A DNA stretch of 37,561 nucleotides from Octopus sinensis. Lineage: Eukaryota. The DNA is taken from positions 1 through 37,561 of the forward strand of contig NW_021835900.1 in the NCBI RefSeq assembly GCF_006345805.1, given 5' to 3'. The notes beneath the pieces were generated by a model. That model made no database searches. It worked only from the letters and a program-made list of their open reading frames with translations, and was not told the DNA's origin. How positions within the stretch are numbered: position 1 is the first letter of the stretch; the number at the start of each line of letters is the position of its first letter. Below are positions 1-12,113 of the stretch, in pieces. A program made the translations under genes and the position numbers.

Positions 1-125
1 TCTCAGGTTTTTTAGTGAATGAATTTGCACAACGATTAAAACAAAATATTTGACAACAAGGAGTTTTAAACATGTAAAAGTGGCCAACTTACTTGGAGCC
101 GATATGACTAGCGTCCGTCCATTGT

Positions 126-130
126 GATAG

Positions 131-178
<48 letters not shown>

Positions 179-188
179 GATAGATAGA
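126..188 (+). repeat. (GATA)n microsatellite
   Basis: Tandem GATA units, directly visible. Confidence 0.95.
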
Positions 189-1959
189 AATTAGTGTTCA
201 TTTAAAACACAAATAGGCAAGACTTAATAGATTGCCTAATAGACCAGAAGATACATTCAAAAAGTCCAAACCACAGTTAAGAGCATTTCGAGGGAATGAA
301 AAGTAAATACATCTAGATAGATAGATAGACAAACAGATGATGGATATATATATATATATATAATATTATATATATATATAGTATATTAACATTGCCGTAT
401 AAAGGACTTCTTAATGGAAAATTTTAAAGGAGAGAAATTAATGAGAGACAACAGAGTTTTACGTCCTTAAATTAACACAAAGCGCAACGGGCCACGATCG
501 TGACCCAGATAGATGCATTTAATTTATGGGCGTTTGTTGGGGTCTATTGTCACACAAACGCTCCGATCTCCTCTCCAGAATGTAGGAAGACTAATTGTTC
601 AACTAATGACTTTTCAGATGTTGTAAAACTTGCCACCATTATATACTAAGAAGATATTTTAACTATATTTTGTTTTTTTATGTGTGTATGGTTGTCTCAT
701 TTTCATAAAATGTGCTCAGCAGTCCATGCTATGAAAGTGCAGATCCCAGCGTTTATGGGTTGAAAACAATGGCTGCAACTGTTAAAGGAAACAGAAACGC
801 TTTAGATTCTTACGTGAACAAGAAGTGGTAGGAGGAACAGAGTAAAAAAAATTGAATAGAAAGGGGAACTGTATGAGGAAGAGTGGGGGGAAGGGATATT
901 GTGAAATAAAGGGGGATTTGAAGGCTGAGTGTATGAATAAATTCCTCTGCATGTTTGTCAGTATGTATGTGTGTGTGAATGTGTTTGTGTGTGAATACAT
1001 ATACATACACACGCACATGCACACACATATCCATATATGTATATGCATGCATGTATTAGTAGACGAAATGTTAATATGCAGCTATTATTTATATAAGATT
1101 TGCAAATACACTCTACGTTCGGCTATTTGTTCGTTCAACCCTAATTTTTGAATTAACAGTTCATAGATTAATGATAATTCATTTAATCTGTTATAGAAAA
1201 TTTTACACGAATCCGCAGTGTTATATTTGGCGGTAGCATACATAACAATTCTTTTTTCCCGTCCGCTGATGATCATGCTTGCATGCGAAACATTAGACTT
1301 AAGGTGTGGAATAATTTTAATAGATTTTTGGCTTAGCGTCTGCTGGTAAAGATTATATCAAGCCTCACTACATTCAAGCGGCTAAATGTCCACACGTTCG
1401 GTTATGTATCAACTCCTAAGTCAATTATTGTAAAATATTTACTAGCGCGTATATTTTATAACCAAAATGTAAAGCGAGAATTGAACTCTGACCTCCACGG
1501 GTATAAACTAAAATGCCGTACCACATTTTCTCCAATATCTCTCACCCTCCTCTATTAATTCAACGCCTCTTTATTATGTATCGTCGAGGCTTATAACAAT
1601 CCCTCTCTGAAATAATTCGCTATATAACGGCATATCAACATGGTCTTTTCGCTGGTTGATTAATGGCTGTGTTAGCAGCCAGTTTAACTTCAGCTTGTTG
1701 CAAATCTAAACCGATTTTATTCCTGTCCGGTTAACTGATTTATTACACTTGATGCTCTCATATTCCACAATGTCACTAATCTCTCATTCATCTGATTTTA
1801 CAAACCAACGTGTAAATTGCCTTCTAAAATTGCTTATGTGACATTCAACCATCCACCGATGTGATTTAGAAAACATATTCTAGAAAGCTTTATGCACTTT
1901 TAAACTGCAACTGCTGTGCTCTTTCCATTTAAATCTAATTTTTGTTTTCGTTTGATATT

Positions 1960-2070
1960 GGTTTCAAATTTTGGCACAAGGGCAGCCATTTCGAGGATTG
2001 TATATATGGATTATATCGACTCCAATGTTCAGCAGGTACTTATTTAAAGGCATAATCGACCCCTGGGTGC
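1960..2070 (-). mobile_element. SINE family A, degenerate 3' fragment
   Basis: ttggcacaagg...tatcgactcc...ggtacttattt matches the tail/core of intact family A copies (e.g. 10519-10743). Confidence 0.6.
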
Positions 2071-2134
2071 TAATGATTCCACCAGCTCTCCACCTACTTT
2101 TATTTGATGTTGCCTAAAATAAATTACTACGTTA

Positions 2135-2502
2135 TTATTACCTCGAAGGCGGAGGTATTTTTGTCTGTTGCGTTTGTTTCTTTGTTTGTTTGTCCGTGGA
2201 CAAGATATCTCAAGAACCGCTGGATGGATTCGGATGAAACTTTCAGGGATGTTTGACTTCATAACTGGCACGAACGGATTAGATTTTGCCATCAATCCGG
2301 TACCAGCCAAGGATTCTAGATTATGCTTTCGGTTTTTTATTTAAATTTTGAGAGCGGTCGGATTCATTTTTAGTATTCTTGTTTATGATAGCAGTCGAGT
2401 TTATTTCAGATATTCTCATTCTAAAACTCATCTCTGATTTAATCGTTGAGAGGACATTGGTGTTGCCTTGGCGGAGGTTGGCGCTCTCTGAGTGCTCTTG
2501 TT
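2135..2502 (+). mobile_element. Non-autonomous Helentron-associated (HINE/DINE-1-like) element, family E copy 1
   Basis: Starts TTATTACCTC..., has a (GTTT)n tract and a 3' subterminal CCTTGGCGGAGGT, then hairpin GCGCTC-tct-GAGTGC (2481-2495), ending at TT. Colinear with 20659-21037. Confidence 0.75.
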
Positions 2503-2714
2503 GTTGTAACAGTGGCAATGTTGATTTCTTCTATGATTCTTGCTGGCTTTGTAGTTGTGATTCTTATTTTAACTGATGTTTTTTTTAAAATTCCAATAGT
2601 CATATCTGATACATTTACCTAAGTTAGTACCATCATATTTCATGCATGGAGCATTAGAAAAAAATATCTAACTGGAAAGTGAAATATATTGGGAGAAAAT
2701 ATTTTATTAATATC

Positions 2715-3852
2715 ATTTCTATCATAGTCACAAGGCTTGGACTGGACGGGGCCAAACGCTTACACTGGCCCCAGCACTTCACTGGGTTCTTATTTCATCG
2801 ACTCTGAAAGAATAAAAGATAAATTTAACCTCGGTAGCTTTTGAATTTTGAGCGCGAAACCGAAAGAAATTCTGCTAATCATTTTTAACAGGAGTGGTAA
2901 TTATTCTGCCAGTTTGCCGTTTTAAATACCAACTTATAATGTTTTCCATTATAAGGCGGCAAGGCTGCGAGCTGGCAGAATTTTTAGCACGCTGGGCGAA
3001 ATGTTTAGCGGTATTTCGTCTGCTGTTACGTTCTGAGTTCAAATACCGCCGCTGTCGACTTTGCCTTTCATCCTTTCAGGGTCGATTAATTATCAGTTGA
3101 GTACTGGGGTCGATGTAATCGACTTAACTCTCCCCAAGATTTCAGGCCTTGGGCCTAATGTAGAAAGGATTATAAGGCGGCGAGTTGGCCGAATCGTTAG
3201 CATATGGGGCAAAATGCTCAGCACCATCCTGTCCGTCTTGACGTTTTGACTTCCAATTCGGCCATGGTTGACTCTGCCATTCACTCTTTTGGGGTCGATA
3301 AAATAAGGACCATTTATTATAGTGTTCCCCAAAATTGCTGTATTTGTGCCGAAATCGGAAACCATTATTCTTTTCGTGGTTCTGTGTTCAGCCCCTTCGC
3401 ATGACACTTTGAGCAAGTGCCTTCTACTGTAGCTCCAGGCTGACCAAAACCTTGTGGGTGGAGTTAGTCAATTACATTGACCCCTGAGCTCAACTTATTT
3501 CATTGACCCCGAAAGGATAAAGCATAAAAGTCAGTCGACCTTAGTGGCATTTGAACTCAAAACAAAGACGGACGAAATTCCGCTAAGCAGTTTATCAGGC
3601 GTCCTAAATATTCTACCAGTTAACCACTATAAATTCTAAATAGCTTTCAAGTTTTGGTACAAGGCCAGCAATTTAGGGTATGGTGTAAGTCGATTCGATC
3701 GACTCCAGTACTTAACTGGTACTTATTTTAACGACCCCGAATCGACCTCAGCGGAATATGAACTGAGAATGCAAAGACAGGCCGCTAAGTGCCACTAAGT
3801 GCCGCAAAGCATTTAGCCTGGCGTCATAACAATTCTTCCAGTTCACCATCTT
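2715..3852. mobile_element. SINE cluster: family A copies at ~2715-2920(-), 2963-3173(+), 3176-3369(+), ~3465-3630(-), ~3642-3852(-), plus a family B fragment ~3380-3465(+)
   Basis: Repeated GGCGGCGAGCTGGCAGAA head, GAGTTCAAAT(T/A)CC box-B-like motif, TTTGCCTTTCATCCTTTC core and GGCCTTGTGCC tail in both orientations. Confidence 0.85.
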
Positions 3853-4698
3853 CGACAAACACTGTATCGATTCCAGTAACATTACTTTGAGTTTTACGGT
3901 AACTACGTGAAACAGATTCGACAGGTTTCGCTGTTAATCTAGCATCCACAGCAGCGTCTCACTCTTCTTGACTAATAGCTTATATTTGCCTCCTGTATAT
4001 TTGTTTCTACTCAGATTTTATTAACAATATATTACCTATTGTTTTCTAAGCTGATGAATGATTTAATCTCTGAACAATTCTAAATTTACGACGCCAATAA
4101 ATATATAATCGAGTTTTTACTGTTTAAAAGCTTCTGAATTTCTTTGTTATTTTCCTGTTAGACTTGGAATAATCTCATATTGCTACCAAGTCAATTGTTT
4201 GAAATCAGTTGGATATGCTAAAGAAATATTTCAAACCGCACCACGTTTTTAAAAATATATTTATGTGCATTTATATCACTTCTAACAGAAGGCTAAAGAA
4301 CTCTAAATACAATTGCGAGTTCTTTGATCTTAGATCTACATACGCTCTGATGTCATTTTATAGGAAATACAAGTGATTGATAATACCGGCAACATTTATT
4401 AGTATTAGTCAGTTCAAACATAAACTACATTCTTTTGTAAGATATTTGCTTAGAGACTCGCAGGAATTTACTAAATCATTCTCGTTTCTGTTCTATAAGA
4501 ATTTTAATGATTTTGCTACAATACCGTTCGACTAATGATAATGAGTTTGTAAGTGATGAGCTGATAGCTCGCTAGATCATCTGTCGGTTGATACTGCAAC
4601 GTCTATAAGCTTCTGGCTTAGATCAGCAACTTATTGAACGCAGTTATTCTCTTTCTCTCCCGTTTTCTCTCACTCTCTCTGTCCGTCTGTTTCTATGT

Positions 4699-4704
<6 letters not shown>

Positions 4705-4742
<38 letters not shown>
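4705..4742 (+). repeat. (CT)n microsatellite
   Basis: Directly visible. Confidence 0.95.
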
Positions 4743-4747
<5 letters not shown>

Positions 4748-5194
4748 CCATTCTCTGACAGTGTGTGTGGTTAAAAGAAAGGAACTCAACAACAGATCTG
4801 GATTCTCTCAGATACCATTGTTTAAACAAATACAGGAGATGCTCAAACAGTATTCATTTATATTTTCTGCAAATGCAATAAATATTTCTCACCAACACAC
4901 AATACCACCGATTCCAAGGTTGTGTTATTTATTGATTGCTCGACTCAGTACTTGAGCGGTCCTCAGAGAATAGGAGGCAATATCGGCCCCAATGGAATTC
5001 AGGCTCAGAACCAAACGTGACGTGACTAAATACTAGGAAGTGTTATGTCTCCTGGTTTGCAAACTATGGCAATCTCCGTCACTCTTATTTCATCTTTCGG
5101 TTTCTGACACAGACCGATGGACGAATATCTCTGAGGTCACCAATGAATCGACGGTCCATATTATCAGCTGAACAGAGAAAATAAAGGGATACAC

Positions 5195-5510
5195 TTATTT
5201 ATTATTTTGGCCGGTTTCCAACCCGGATTGCAGCAGCACAATCCACCTGTCATATTTCTCGGTCCGTCGTCACTGCCTCGAGATCCTGGATACATTTCCA
5301 GGCCAGCTTCTGCAATCAAATTGTCGATTTAAGCGTGATGACATCTTTCTTACTTCCGCAAAACTAAATTGGATGGTTTCACTTCAGGTTGGCACACGCA
5401 GTAACCAGATAGCCGCAGCCCTCCTTGCTTGATTTTCTCACAGGACTCTAAATAAGGCATCCATTCGTCATATGTGACAGCCATTTCACGTTTGGGATCA
5501 TTCATAGCAT
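5195..5510 (-). mobile_element. RTE-clade LINE ORF2 C-terminal/3' remnant (decayed)
   Basis: Minus-strand translation EKIKQGGLRLSGYCVCQPEVKPSNLVL.../IDNLIAEAGL.../DLEAVTTDREI* resembles the RTE C-terminus (RRLRLAGHC.RH.E....LVLW...YID.L..DTGL...DR..W). Ends in a (TAAA)-type tail. Confidence 0.65.
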
Positions 5511-5577
5511 CCTTGTGTAGCATCCATTTAGCCTGTTTCATAATTTCTTTCTCACTCTCTATGTTTCACTGCCATAT

Positions 5578-5930
5578 AATCCTTTCTACTATAGGTACCA
5601 GTGTTCCACTGGTACTTAATTTATCAATCCCGAAAGGATAAAAGGCAAAGTCAACCTCGGCGGAATTTGAGCTCAGAACGTGGCGACAGACGAAATACCT
5701 ATTTCTTTACTACCAATAAGGGGCTGAACACAGAGAAGACAAACAAGGACAGACAAACGGATTAAGTCGATTATATCGACCCCAGTGCGTAACTGGTTCT
5801 TATTTAATCGACCCCGAAAGGATGAAAGGCAAAGTCAACTGCGGCGGAATTAGTGCTCAGAACGCGATGACAAACGAAATACCGCAAAGCATTTTACCCG
5901 GCGTGCTAACGATTCTGCCAGCTCGCCGCC
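5578..5930 (-). mobile_element. SINE family A, dimeric form
   Basis: Full head ends at 5930 (gctcgccgcc). The core is duplicated, with the junction ...gacgaaatacc|tatttctttactacc at 5699/5700. Confidence 0.9.
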
Positions 5931-5947
5931 TTAAAAGATATAAATAT

Positions 5948-6336
5948 TATTTTCTATTCTAGGCACAAGGCCCGAAATTTTGGGGAAGGTGGTCAGTCAA
6001 TTAGATCGACCCCTGTACGGAACTGGTACTTATTTTATCGTTCCCGAAAGGATGACAGGCAAAGTCAACCTCGGCGGAATTTGAACCCAGAACGTAACGG
6101 CAGACAAAATATCTATTTATTTACTACCCACAAGGGGCTAAACACAGAGAGCACAAACAAGGACAGACAAACGGATTAAGTCGATTATATCGAACCCAGT
6201 GCGTAACTGGTACTTGATTTATCGACCTCGAAAGTAAAGTCGACCTCGGCGGAATTTTGAACTCAGAACGTAACGGCAGACGAAATACGGCTAAGCATTT
6301 CACCCGGCGTGCTAACGTTTTTGCCAGCTCACCGCC
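5948..6336 (-). mobile_element. SINE family A, dimeric form
   Basis: Same architecture, junction at 6113/6114, tail ...ggccttgtgcctagaatagaaaa. Confidence 0.9.
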
Positions 6337-6494
6337 TTTTTGCATTGATACTATTGTTTAAACTTACAACCCGATGAATTATACATTCTACGGCATGGTG
6401 ACCTTTAAAAAAACCCATATACACAAAACTGAGATGATTTATCACAATTTAAATTTGTATGTTTTCAATAGAAATTATTTCTTTCTCTCTTTTT

Positions 6495-6701
6495 CTTTTC
6501 TTTTACTTGTTTCAGTCATTTTACTGCGGCCAGGCTGGAGCACCGCCTTTAGTCGAGCAAATCAACCCCAGGACTTATTCTTTTGTAAGCCCAGTACTTA
6601 TTCTATCGGTCTCTTTTTTGCCGAATCGCTAAGTGACGGGGACGTAAACACACCAGCATCGGTCGTCAAGCAATGCTAGGGAGACAAACACAGACACACA
6701 A

Positions 6702-6732
<31 letters not shown>

Positions 6733-6901
6733 CATATATACGACAGGCTTCTTTCAGTTTCCGTCTACCAAATCCACTCACAAGGCATTGGTCGGCCCGG
6801 GGCTATAGTAGAAGACACTTGCCCAAAATGCCACGCAGTGGGACTGAACCCGTAACCATGTGGTTGGTAGACAAGCTACTTACCACACAGCCACTCCTGC
6901 G
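6495..6901 (-). mobile_element. tRNA-derived CORE-like SINE, family B, full length (probably octopus OR2-like)
   Basis: Minus strand: box A TGGCTGTGTGG, box B GGTTCAGTCCC, CORE-like TTGGGCAAGTGTCTT, internal TA/TG microsatellite, 3' GCTCCAGC(C/A)TGGCCGCAGT...GACTGAAACAAG. Closely matches 14831-15240. Confidence 0.85.
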
Positions 6902-7724
6902 TTATTAATTTTTTTTTAAATAGAATTTCGAAATATCATTTCAAATTTAGTAATTTCCTGTTCAACTCTCAATACTTAAAAATTATCTTAACTTTAATCT
7001 TTTCAAATAAACTTTCCAAATTTATCGATATCTGGACCGCCAACTTTTGTCTCCTTGATGATAACGGCCCCACATCTGTCTGTCTGTCTGTATGTCTGTA
7101 TGCATATTTGTCAGTCACTCCCACTCTCGCTCTCTCCTCCCCCCTCTCTCTCTCTCTGTTTAAACAAAAGTAGCAATGTTCGTAGAGGATTTCTGAAATC
7201 AGTTATACGTACATGATTGGTCTAAAGATTATCTGCAACGTCCAGTCTGAAGAAATCCGATTAAACAAGGATGAAATATAAAGTTAGGATTTACATATTC
7301 TTCTTATAGTGTACACGACTTAATATTCTTTCGTTTACAATATTTCTTAGTCTCAATATAAAATAAGAACAAAACAATTCCTTGCCTTTATTAATAAAAT
7401 ATTAAAGAATTTTTCTTCTTTTAACGCCAAATATTTTCTTAATTAATCCCTGACCACTTGAGTTTCTGTTTAATCTTGCCTATCGATTCAGGAAATAATC
7501 CACATAATATCTTCTTTTTATTATTTATTGATATTGTTCTTATTACTGATCGAGTTCATTTTCAGGTGAAAAATACTGTCGTTTGTTTTATGGAGTTTTT
7601 TGCTCTTTCAATTGTTTTATTTTTTTTTGTCTCTCTAACTAACGCAACGACGTTATAATTAAAAGCATTATTCTTGTTACCGGCCACAAAATGTGTTTTG
7701 GTGTAATCGCTTTTATCATTTATT

Positions 7725-7943
7725 TTCTATCTTTTACTTGTTTCAGTCATTAGACTGCGGCCATGCTGGGGCACCGCCTTGAAGAATTTTAGCTCCAAGA
7801 ATCGATCCCTGGACTTATTTCTTCTAAAATCTGGTACTTATTCTATCTGTGTCTTTCGTCGACCTGCTAATTTCAGGGGTTGTAAACGCATTAACACCGG
7901 TTGCCAAGCAGTGGTGGGGAAAAAATACATGCACATCACCATA

Positions 7944-7994
<51 letters not shown>

Positions 7995-8001
7995 ATCTCT
8001 C

Positions 8002-8042
<41 letters not shown>

Positions 8043-8250
8043 CATATGCGTATATAAGTAGGTATATACACTTGCATACGCACACATACATACATGCATA
8101 CACGTGTTTCTTTCAGAACTTCCGTCGTTATATTCCACCAAAACACTTGTACATCCGAAGCTATAATTAAAGGCACCAGATCATTTTCCATTGGATATCG
8201 AACATGAAAATCATGGTCATGAAGCGAAGTTCCGGACTACACTACTACCA
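7725..8250 (-). mobile_element. Family B SINE, diverged, with expanded internal (TATC)/(TC)/(TA) microsatellite
   Basis: 3' end ttttacttgtttcagtcattagactgcggccatgctggggcaccgcc is well preserved; the head is degenerate near 8110-8250. Confidence 0.75.
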
Positions 8251-8445
8251 TACCTCAATAAGGTTAGGCATGGCTGGAGCATCATTGATCCTTAAGCAAA
8301 TATTGCAGACATGCGGTCGAATCTGCAATAACATTGCATACATATACACGACTATGTGCGTACGTAGATACAAAGAAACACACACTTATATACATATACA
8401 TATACATGTCCATACATACATATACATACATATATGTCTGGGGTG

Positions 8446-8738
8446 GGGCGCAATGGCCCGGTGGTTAGGGCAGCGGATTCGCGGTCGTAGTATCGCGGTT
8501 TCGATTCCCAGACAGGGCATTGTGAGTGTTTATTGAGCGAAAACACCTAAAACTCCACACGGCTCCGGCAGGGGTTGCTGGCGATTTCTGCTGTACTGTT
8601 TCGCCACAAATTTCTCTCACTTTTCCTTCTGTTGGACTGCTCGCTTAGCCAGCGGGGTGGCGTGATGTGAAGGCGAAAACAATGCGAAGCGCATTGTGAC
8701 CAGCGATGTATCGTAACATCTGATAGTCTGGCCGGTCA
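8446..8738 (+). mobile_element. tRNA-derived SINE, family F
   Basis: GGGCGCAA head, box A TGGCCCGGTGG (8454-8464), box B GGTTTCGATTCCC (8497-8509). A related tail fragment (accagcgatgtat...ctgatggtctggtcg) recurs at ~28855-28892. Confidence 0.8.
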
Positions 8739-8739
8739 A

Positions 8740-8795
8740 GATACCACGCAGTGGGACTGAACCCGGAAACGTGTGGTTGGGCAGCAAGCTTCTTA
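8740..8795 (-). mobile_element. Family B SINE head fragment
   Basis: ccacgcagtgggactgaacccggaaacgtgtggttgggcagcaagcttctta matches the family B head. Confidence 0.75.
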
Positions 8796-9000
8796 ATACA
8801 CACCCACACCTACCTACACACACACACACAGATAATTTATCCCTTTGTCGTTTCCAGCTTTTTTTTTGTTTCCTTCCTTCGTTATTCGTCTATTCTCTCA
8901 TTCATTTATTCTCTTATTCTTCTGGCTTCTTCTATTTCTCTCTTTCCCTAACGTTTAATAACATACACAAATTTACATGAAAGCAAGTATATAGTTTTCC

Positions 9001-9119
9001 ATAATAATAATAATAATAATAATAATAATGCCCCAGCATGGCCACAGCTCATAAGCTGAGACTAGAATCAATCAATCAATCAATCAATCATAATCATAAT
9101 AATAATAGTAATAATAATA

Positions 9120-9151
<32 letters not shown>

Positions 9152-9301
9152 AATAAAAATAATAATGATAATAATAATAATAATGATAATAATAATAATA
9201 ATAATAATAATAATTATAATGATAATAATATATAATAATAACAATAATGATAATAATAATAATTATAATAATAATATATAATAAAAATAATGAATGATAT
9301 G

Positions 9302-9334
<33 letters not shown>

Positions 9335-9634
9335 TAATATAAGAATAATAATAATAAAAATAATGATAATGATAATGATAATAATCATAATAATAATATA
9401 ATAATAATAATAATAATGAATGATGATGATGATGATAATAATAATAATAATAATAATAATGATGAAAATGATAATGATAATAATAATAATAATAGTAATA
9501 ATAATAATGATAATGATAATATAATATAATAAAATAATAATAATAATAATAATAGTAATAATAATAATGATAATATAATATAATTATGATGATAATGATA
9601 ATAACAATAATAATAGTATAATAATAATGAAATG

Positions 9635-9670
<36 letters not shown>

Positions 9671-9690
9671 TAATAATAATAATAATAATA

Positions 9691-9722
<32 letters not shown>

Positions 9723-9781
9723 TTATGATGATAATGATAATGATAATAATAATAATATAATAATAATTAATGATGATAATG

Positions 9782-9820
<39 letters not shown>
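9001..9820 (+). repeat. Long imperfect (AAT)n/(GAT)n array
   Basis: About 800 bp of AAT/GAT/AAC triplets, interrupted at 9030-9089. Confidence 0.95.
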
Positions 9821-9822
9821 TA

Positions 9823-10378
9823 TGCCCTGATGCAGTACCAGGCAGTGGCTCTCATGGCTTCTGATCTTAACTGATTGGAAGTGTTATCATGTACATTGTT
9901 TTGTCTTGGTATAAAAGATGGGCTACAGCAAATATTCTGCTCAATACCACAGATTTGCTTGTCAGTTGTTTGACTCAACCAGTTGAGCATGTCCCTTAGT
10001 GGCTGACGATATGTGCATCTCTGATCACGAGCAGAAGTAGTGGGGGAGCATCATAGCCATGTGTTGAGAGGGATTCTTTGGGGTTTGAATAGTTCACCTC
10101 TGGAACATGGGTGGTTCTTTCAACATCCTTAAACAACCCTTATTCAGGGACCGTTTGAGCGGGATGGGCTACTCAACCTGAAGAAAATTCTAACTGGGCC
10201 CCACCTGCAAGGTCATGTGCTGTTTATCTTGATATGAGATCACCATGTCGCGCACATATAGTTGTGATGCATGTGCCTGGTGTACCTTTATCAGACGGGT
10301 AGTCATGATGGGTATATTGGGCTTCGTATATTTTACCCCAGTGTCACTTTGATGGCATGAACTGCTCTCTCTCACTCA
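9823..10378 (+). mobile_element. ~555-bp non-coding interspersed element (family C) embedded in (AAT)n
   Basis: A second copy lies in opposite orientation at 25383-25872 with the same two ends; both are flanked by AAT-type repeats. Confidence 0.85.
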
Positions 10379-10411
10379 ATAATAATAATAATAATAATAA
10401 TGATGATGATG

Positions 10412-10445
<34 letters not shown>

Positions 10446-10518
10446 GAAGAAGAAGAAGAAGAAGAAGAAGAATTATAATAATAATACTAATAATAATAAT
10501 GATGATGATGATGATGAT

Positions 10519-10743
10519 AATCCTTTCAGTAAATAGGCACAAGGCCCGAAATTTTCTGGGGAGAGGGTAAATCGATTAGATCGACCCCTGTACGCAACTG
10601 GTACTTAATTTATCATCCCCGAAAGGATGAAAGGCAAAGTCGACCTCGGTGGAATTTGAACTCAGAACGTGAAGACGGACGAAATACCTAGACTAGAGCG
10701 GCATTTCGCTCGACTTGCATAACGATTCTGCCAGCACGCTGCC
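10519..10743 (-). mobile_element. SINE family A, monomeric full-length copy
   Basis: Head, box-B-like motif, core and tail are all present once; flanked by AAT/GAT repeats. Confidence 0.9.
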
Positions 10744-10744
<1 letters not shown>

Positions 10745-10783
<39 letters not shown>

Positions 10784-10987
10784 GAAGAAGAAGAAGAAAG
10801 AAGAAGAAGAAGAAGAAGAAGAAGAAGGAGGAGGAGGAGGAGGAGGAGAAGAAGAAGATGAAGGAGGAGGAGGAGAAGGAGGAGGAGGAGAATTTGAAGA
10901 AGGAGAAGAAGACGAAGAAGAAGAAGAAGGAGAAGAAGAAGAAGAAGAAGAAGAAGAAGAAGAAGAAGAAGAAGAAGAAGAAGAAGA
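10745..10987 (+). repeat. (AAT)n followed by a ~205-bp (GAA)/(GGA) polypurine tract
   Basis: Directly visible. Confidence 0.95.
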
Positions 10988-11079
10988 TCGAATGATGTTT
11001 TTGTTGTCATTTTCAGCCGCCGCCATCCAACCGTATTCATTTGCCACATCCGTTTTCAGGCGCTTCATCTGCTCTCCGT

Positions 11080-11110
<31 letters not shown>

Positions 11111-11294
11111 TACTACTACTACACGAAGTCCTTTTGTTTTGTAAGAACCCCCTCCCCTCCCTCAGTTCTTCTTACTATCGCAATCGTTCATCGTCGGTCC
11201 CTCTTTGTGTTCTTCTTTTCATTCATTTCACACCCGCGTTGAACCTCCTCGCCACAGAAACGCAACAGCTTCATTCACAAACTGACTGACGTAT

Positions 11295-11305
11295 ACACAC
11301 ACACG

Positions 11306-11337
<32 letters not shown>

Positions 11338-11423
11338 CGCACACACACACTCACACACACACACTCACATACACACACGCACACACACACACTCACACAC
11401 ACACACTCAGACACACACACACT

Positions 11424-11455
<32 letters not shown>

Positions 11456-11573
11456 CACACACACTCACACACACACACACTCAGACACACACCACACACG
11501 CACACACACACACTCACACACACACACACTCACACACAAACACACACACTCACACACACGCGCGCGCACACAC
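11295..11573 (+). repeat. Long imperfect (CA)n
   Basis: About 280 bp of CA units with CG/CT variants. Confidence 0.95.
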
Positions 11574-11834
11574 ATGCAAGTACATGTACCAAAAGCCACG
11601 CGCTCGCATACGACTTTTTACCGATTAAAAAGTGATATATATATATATATATATATTATATATAGAGAGAGAGAGAGAAGTGAGAGAGAGAGGGGTGAGA
11701 GAGAGGGGGAGAGAGTGACATACACATACATACGTATAGAGGCTTTTACTCATTTATCGAGTTCTCTTTATCCTGTTTGTTTTAAGAAGCCTATATAATT
11801 AAACATGCACACAGATGCTTAGATGCATAGCATA

Positions 11835-12082
11835 GACACACACACACACACACACACGCACACACACACACACACGCACACACACACACACGCACACACA
11901 CACACACACGCATACACACGCACGCATATTCACGCATGCATTCGCAAACGTTCACATACGCTAATCAACACACGCATACACACACACACACTCTGTTTGA
12001 CTCTTGCACACACACGCACACACGCACATGAACATTTTTCTCTTCGTTGCAAAATCTTTCATTCTCAATCAACCTCCCACTC

Positions 12083-12113
<31 letters not shown>

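Noticed and set aside
2715-6336. CRISPR-like or other prokaryotic repeat array
   Set aside because: The repeats are 200-400-bp SINE copies in mixed orientation within eukaryotic DNA, with no constant repeat-spacer period and no cas genes.
8446-8520. tRNA gene
   Set aside because: It has boxes A/B but no proper acceptor stem or cloverleaf and continues into a SINE body; it is a tRNA-derived head.
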